NCBI GenBank assembly: GCA_002256025.1
Contig: NKIB01015343.1
Span: forward strand, 1-36,378
DNA: 36,378 bases
From: Asterionella formosa
Taxonomy: Eukaryota
Reading direction: 5' to 3'
Shown here: positions 30,594 through 36,378 of the stretch, piece by piece
Position numbering within the stretch: the first letter of the stretch is position 1
Layout: the number at the start of each line of letters is the position of its first letter
Made by a program: the position numbers and the translations under genes
Notes under the pieces: generated by a model
What the model was told of the DNA's origin: nothing
Database searches by the model: none
Seen by the model: the letters and a program-made list of their open reading frames with translations, nothing else

Positions 30594-31589
30594 CATAAAG
30601 ATTGATTCGAGCGATTCATCTACCGGTAAATATTTTATGATTTGTACCATATGAAAAATTTTGTATGACTCCCGCTAATTGAGGGGCTTGATTAAATTAC
30701 TTACTTGTAGGTACAAGAATTGATGCGGAAAAATTCAAAGACAGTACATCAGGTTGTGGAAAACAATGATATCTTCATGCATTTTATATATTTGAATTAT
30801 GTATAAGCTTAATTGATGATAGTATAAACATTATGTGTAAATATTTATGTGTTTTCAAATTTTTATAAATTTATACATAGCCAATACATTTGAAATCATG
30901 TTTAGAGGTTCCTTGTTATGCGTACCGGTAACACATGATCCTGAAATGAAAGATAATCTCTGCCCTGTGACAAGCAAGGAAAACTGAAAGAACAACGCTT
31001 CAACGCACACCATGATGATAAACCTTGCGGCTTAGAAGCAAGGATTTAAAATGGAAGAGTGAATGGAATCTAGCTATGGTATGTCAAGAGTACATGCCAA
31101 GGTGATCAATTGTTGGGTTCACAAAGACTAGCAAAATGATTGCCTCCTTCTTCCCTAGCAATTCAAAAGCACATTTCGCATTCAGCGGGATACCACCAAT
31201 GTCGACCAAAAACTTGTAAATGCTCTTGTTGGATCATTGAGCCACTGTTAGAACATCACTGACACATGTTTGTTTTTCAATCTTTCAGGATAATTTTAAT
31301 CAAAGAGTTTTGTTGTAAGTTATAAATAACATTGGTGGAACGGTTTATTGATTTGTACTTATGTGATCATTGACTGACACATTGTTTTACTGAATTATGC
31401 GAAAAGTTCATCAATTTCTGGTAAGTGGAGCATCCTAAAATGGGACTGCAGTGTTGAAAAAAAATGGCTAACAAGCGAGTAATTCCTTCTCATTGTTGTT
31501 ATGATTAGGAAATCAAAATAGATAAAACAGAATTGGATCAAAAGGAATGGGATTTGCAGCATGAAGTCAGATGAGTTTTAGAATCTGAG

Positions 31590-31775
31590 TGGAAGGGAGG
31601 CGGGAGGCATGAATCAAGAGATTTGAAGGCAGGATGCAATGCATCCTCAAGAGCATTGAAGGGGAATGGGGGAGAGGCATGCATCCTCAAGAGCATTGAA
31701 GGGAAGGGAAGGGAGGGAGGCATGCATCCTCATGAGCATTGAAGGGAGGCATGCGGCATGCATCAAGAGCATTGA
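31590..31775. repeat. Minisatellite: about five copies of a GAGGCATGCATCCTCAAGAGCATTGAAGGG-like unit
   Basis: Visible tandem units with variable purine-rich spacers. Flanked by the direct repeat TTTAGAATCTG at 31577-31587 and 31840-31850. Confidence 0.85.
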
Positions 31776-31918
31776 GACAAGAATAGTAAAGGGGAACATT
31801 GGCTGTTTAACCACACAAAATGTAGAAACATAAAAATGATTTAGAATCTGTTAAAAGCCATGCTGAGCTTGCGGATATCCTTGGCCATTAATTCGACTTG
31901 TGCCTGCAACTGCTTCAC

Positions 31919-32119
31919 ATCCCTTTGTGTTTCCTTCTGTTGACTGTACAGGCCAAGGAGTTCTTTCCTCTACTGACTAACTTGGCGAATTTCTGTCCCT
32001 TTTGCACCTGTGAGTCCTATCCCTTTGTGTTTCCTTCTGTTGACTGTACAGCACAAGGAGTTCTTTCCTCTACTGACTAACTTGGCGAATTTCTGTCCCT
32101 TTTGCACCTGTGAGTCCTA
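31919..32119. repeat. Near-perfect 100-bp tandem duplication inside the Crypton-like fragment
   Basis: atccctttgtgtttccttctg...tgtgagtcct x2. The only difference seen is ggcc vs gcac. Confidence 0.95.
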
Positions 32120-33334
32120 CTTGCGCCACAACACCACCACTTCCATCCTCCTGTCCTCCAACTGTGTGCATAAATTCAGCATCAATTTCATCACTATACA
32201 GTTCCGCCTCTGAACCAGTGACAACAACCAACCGTTTCTCGACAGGATTTTTGCCTTGTGGTAGACGGCGAGCAAATGCATATGCCGACCGAATTTGGCG
32301 CGTCAGTGCAGGTGGTAGGTACTCTTGTAGGGTTGACTCAAAAGAAGCCCACAAAAGTGGGCGGGCCAACGTCAATCATTTGCTCATTGAATTCCTGAAA
32401 AGGATTTTCCTGAAAAGGAATGCCATGAGGATGAAGAGGGACATCTGGCATCATGATGGTGAGCACGAAGGGAAGAGGATGCAACCAAGAATGTGCAAAT
32501 GAGCAATAAATGGGATAATGAATGTGCACGCAAAAATTATAGTAGTTATTACGATAATTATTATGTACCCATACTTGCTTGTACTCACAGAAATGGCATA
32601 TGTTATACGTTAGAGTGATGTTGGGTGGTGCAATTCTAAATTATAGTTGCAGCCACGTATGAATCACACTTGTACTGACCAAAAAGGCACATTTTCGCTC
32701 AATCAGGATTCCATTTAAAAAATTAGCCTTCAGTAGAGAGCTACTGCAAGCTAGTACTAGATATTTACCGGACAATCGTCAAGTATAACGCCGTGAAGGT
32801 GGTCTTCACTAAACTTCAACCGAAAATCACTAGCTTCATCGTGTTCGTCTTGATGAACAACAGTTCGATCATTTTCTCAAATACAGGACGATAGTCCGGT
32901 GGAGGTACACAGAATCCTGGTACTTTGTCCGGTAGAACTGAACCGATGAGAATCACAAAATAGAATTGTACAGTACTGGACTGTGTCAGGGTTTCAAAAA
33001 TTGCTGGTCGTATATTCTACAGGTAAACTCTCCTGGTGACCGGTACCCTGGTACTCTGGTACCAGTACCAGTCTAAAATGCTACTGTATGCATATAAGGC
33101 TGGGTGCATCCTGAATCATTAGGTAGCTAAAATACCGTACTAACTACGAGTATAACAAATGTTTTTAGCTTGAGTAAAGTTATTTACACAAACAACATAC
33201 CGTTATGTATGAATAAATTTTATGTATATACATTTAAATAATTTCACCATCCGATCACGTTTTTGTCGTGGTTGAGATCATTCATGATGAACTTGAAATT
33301 GAAGTCCACTGCACAGCAATGGCTGTGAAAGCGC

Positions 33335-33364
33335 TACAATTAAGCTACCGGTAGCTTAATTGTA
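33335..33364. repeat. Perfect 30-bp palindrome centred on ACCGGT
   Basis: tacaattaagctacc|ggtagcttaattgta. Confidence 0.97.
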
Positions 33365-34572
33365 ACTCCTACAGGATCGTATGTGATGAATTCCTGTACA
33401 GTTTCAACTCCAGATAGCTAGCCCACTGTCAAGCTCAAGAATTTGTTGGTCATGTAGGCGTATATTTGCCATGCTCAACACAAACTAGGTCATATATGAA
33501 CCAAATCGTGTGCTCCCGCGCAGCTTGACGCGTTTAATGATAGCGCTTCTCATGACGGTTATGTTGATAAATCAAGCGGCGCGGGAGGTTGTAAAATTGT
33601 TGAGTAGCTAAATCAACAGAATAATACCGCCATGGTCAATGTGATAATCTTGGTTCATGACAATGGAAGACAGGATGACACTAGTACCGGTGTACCAGCA
33701 CTGATTTTACCTGCTGGTATACAGTACATCCAATACATGTGGTTCAAGTGTGGCTGCTGTGATTTTACAAGACCGGAATACTTCAGCCAATCTGGAGCAG
33801 GTAAGTAAATTCAATTCAACCAATCAGAATATGTGTAGTGACGCGGCAACGTACCCTGGAGTCTTTTCAGACTGAGAATTAAGCAACAAAACATACCTAT
33901 GCAAGACTCTAAGTCTACGAGAACATTTTGCACATAAAGATTCCGATTCCAATATTTTGGCAACTGTTGAAAAAGCTGATCGGGTCGACTTTTAGGAGGA
34001 GGATTGCTCTACATCTGCAGGGTTTCATCAAGTTTAAAGTAGATAGCCGTGTACCCTATAATGTCAGGAGTTAACTTCTGGAGAGAAACATCAGTTATGT
34101 ATCGTAGATTTTTAGAAAACCTTCGTAGCCCCTTTTTTGACTATTTTTGCGATAGTTATGAATCTACGATACATAACTGCAGTTTCTTTCCAGAAATGAG
34201 GTCCTTACCATATCTGAAGATAGAACATACCCCTAAGTTGACCCATGACTGTATCTAAGCATGTGCAAAGTGGTCGTATTAGTGAAAGCTAATTTTACCT
34301 TTAACTACTTTATGTAATTGTACGTACTAAGTGGATTAAGGTACATCATAAAAATATTTTGGGAAAAAACAGACCTCGCAATGTGTAACTGCGGGGCTGC
34401 AACCTTAATATTGGTTTTTAGGCGCAAAATATTATTTACAGTATTGTCAGGGTTTTTGCCAATACTTCCCCTCTATGTATGGGGGTCTTTCTCATGGCCC
34501 CAAAAATGGCACAAGCCCAGCAATACATACAGACTACCAGGTACTCCGTAAAGACTAAATATATATACCGGT

Positions 34573-35118
34573 ATATATAATAGTTAGTAACACCACTACC
34601 AGTCTTTCAAATGATCCTAACTATTACCGGTAGGGTAACTGGTACGTTAAATCCAGAACAAAGGATGTGTGGTTCTTCACTTTGGCCAGAAAAAATAATT
34701 TTGGAGACTTCAGGAAATTCCAGGAAGTTCCTGAAGTTTCCTTACGCATTCCTGACGTTTCCTGAATTTTCCTGACATTTCCTCAAGTTTCCTGAAAGTA
34801 ATAGTCATTTCCTGAAATTCATAGGAATTTCCTGAAAGTCATCATGTTTTCCTGCAAGTCATAGTTATATGCTCTCTATTCTCGTTTTTGCAATAAGAAG
34901 GATTCCGCTTTTTATTTCGCTGAATCGTGCTATGAATTGAAGATGTCCTTTTCTATTTATGATAAAATATGCCGCTGTCCGTTAACACGTTGTCCGTTTC
35001 AGAAAAATGACCGCAGCTTGCAGGTACAGCAACCAGATGCAGTCATTTTGCTTAAATAAACAATTTGATATGGGATAAAGACAGCTAAATCCTTAAATGA
35101 AAAATTACCGTAACTTGC
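34573..35118 (-). repeat. Right arm of the ~540-bp long inverted repeat
   Basis: Reverse-complement match to 28022-28556. The number of TTTCCTGA subrepeats differs between the arms. Confidence 0.92.
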
Positions 35119-35159
35119 TGTAGATGGCACTAGTGCCAAAATTAGAGAAATTTGCATTG

Positions 35160-35770
35160 CAGCTTGCCAAATCAAGAGAAACAGCAAGAAACAGTATCGA
35201 AATTAAAGAGAAAAATCAAGGACTACTGGAAAAAGCCAAGGAATAACACAATGAAGGACAATTGTCACAGCTGAATGATGATATGAGAGACAGTCAGGAG
35301 CTACTGGCAAAGCCAAAGAATGACAACAGCAACAAATCAAGGAATATCTGAGAAAGTCAAAAGACATGAGACAAATCAAGGACAACAACCGGAGAAAGCC
35401 AAGCAAAGGACATTAGCGACAAATCAAGAACTCCCAGCAAAATCCATGTAATGAAATTAGAGAACAATCGAGGAAAACTGGCAAGAGCCAAATGAAATGA
35501 GAGTCAAATCAAAGACCACTTGGCGAAAGCCGAAAACTGGCATAAGCAACAAATCAAGAACTATTACTGGCAAAAGCCAAATCACATGAGTGCCAAATCA
35601 AGACTGAGCTATTAACAGCAAAAGCAAAGCAGTGAAAAAAATAGAATAATCAAGGACTCCTGGCAAATGCCACACAAAATGACATCAGAGACAAACCAGA
35701 ATCCAAGGATTCACGAGAAACAAAACAAATCCAGAAAAATCAACCAGGCAGATTGATGCCAAAAAGTAAA
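35160..35770. repeat. Degenerate A-rich satellite (ACAAATCAAGGACTACTGGCAAAAGCCAA-like unit)
   Basis: Recurrent aaatcaag(g/a)a...ctggc/ggaaaagcc motifs at roughly 40-60-bp spacing, with strong strand asymmetry. Confidence 0.7.
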
Positions 35771-36378
35771 TCTTTCAACCAATAAACACTCACCATCCCA
35801 TTCTCCAATTGATATTAGAACTGCAGTCATAGAGAATTGAACCAGAAGCAAGCTACCAAATTTTTTCACCAATACTTCCACTCAAGGAAGTAACTACCAC
35901 CCAAAATATTCCATCGCCCCACCTTTTGTGGTGTGTGGAGCGCAATAAATGGAAATCTAGAAACAGACTAGTAAGAACACGCTATAAAAATGATTAAAAT
36001 ATGTCTCTTCATATTTTTAATATTTTACATAACAGAGGAGTAGACTTCCAGTACTTGAGTAGCTATAATCAGGTAGTACCACACCAGGTACCAGTTACTT
36101 CGAAAACAAAAGTACATTTCAATTTAGTATGGATTTTTTTAATCTCTACCAGTATTGTCTGAGAGCAGTTGGTGTTGGTACGTATCTGTAGCTCTCACGC
36201 AGTAAAATTTGCTAGAAAAATGTTTCTACACAATTTGTTTGTTTTACTTTCTTTGCTAATAATTGTTTTTATAAAAGAGTGAGCTTAATGTAAATGTAAA
36301 TTTGAATGTATGATTTTGAAACTTCCAAGCTCATGCATGTTTCAAAATAGAGGTGATCTTCGGAGGCGAGGTTCATTT

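Larger units (their letters stand above)
28884..32395 (-). mobile_element. Fragmented relic of a Crypton-like gene (C-terminal part including a GCR1_C-type domain). Fragments: ~32395-31845, 29763-29525, 29017-28884
   Basis: Colinear - strand peptides: LARPLLWASF..YLPPALTRQIRSAY...NPVEKRLVVVTGSEAELYSDEI; then LSKTPKSLFVLWQEFEVGIAGRKAARLFTRVERGRNKFIYYRRKVVWD; then RGYSAQTAIDRIYEVYGQELSVTQIINKMLIDRRTGGNPQL*. The tyrosine-recombinase catalytic part is not seen. A premature stop and insertions are present. Confidence 0.72.

Noticed and set aside
31590..31775. CRISPR-like array (palindromic ~30-bp repeats)
   Set aside because: Spacers are very short, low-complexity and not unique; eukaryotic context; no cas genes.
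32760..33660. KIX-like or other gene fragments on the - strand
   Set aside because: Only a short LELKLYRNS resemblance amid several stops; too weak to call.

Overview
Eukaryotic genomic DNA, most likely a diatom or other stramenopile. This is inferred from the gene-dense layout, few short GT-AG introns and the protein styles. The left ~27.4 kb holds seven intact genes: TEL2/TELO2, a secreted multi-module LRR protein, a divergent ribulose-phosphate 3-epimerase, a two-exon Zn-ribbon hypothetical protein, RNA pol I/III subunit AC19, an ATP-grasp (ATPgrasp_ST-like) protein, and a four-exon ~3070-aa USP9X/24/34-type deubiquitinase. It also contains a small assembly gap, a CpG-depleted decayed ORF and a possible Copia LTR end. 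The right ~9 kb is a repeat graveyard. A ~540-bp inverted repeat pair (about 28022-28556 and 34573-35118) brackets three colinear fragments of a Crypton-like (GCR1_C-type) gene that has been broken by insertions and tandem duplications. The most unusual signal is a pervasive set of short palindromes in non-coding and decayed DNA (GGTACC/ACCGGT/AGTACT-centred, plus perfect 30- and 47-bp fold-backs). Comparing repeat copies inside the window suggests these palindromes were added de novo, which points to a palindrome-generating mutational or repair process. All family assignments come from motif recognition by eye; no searches were run.
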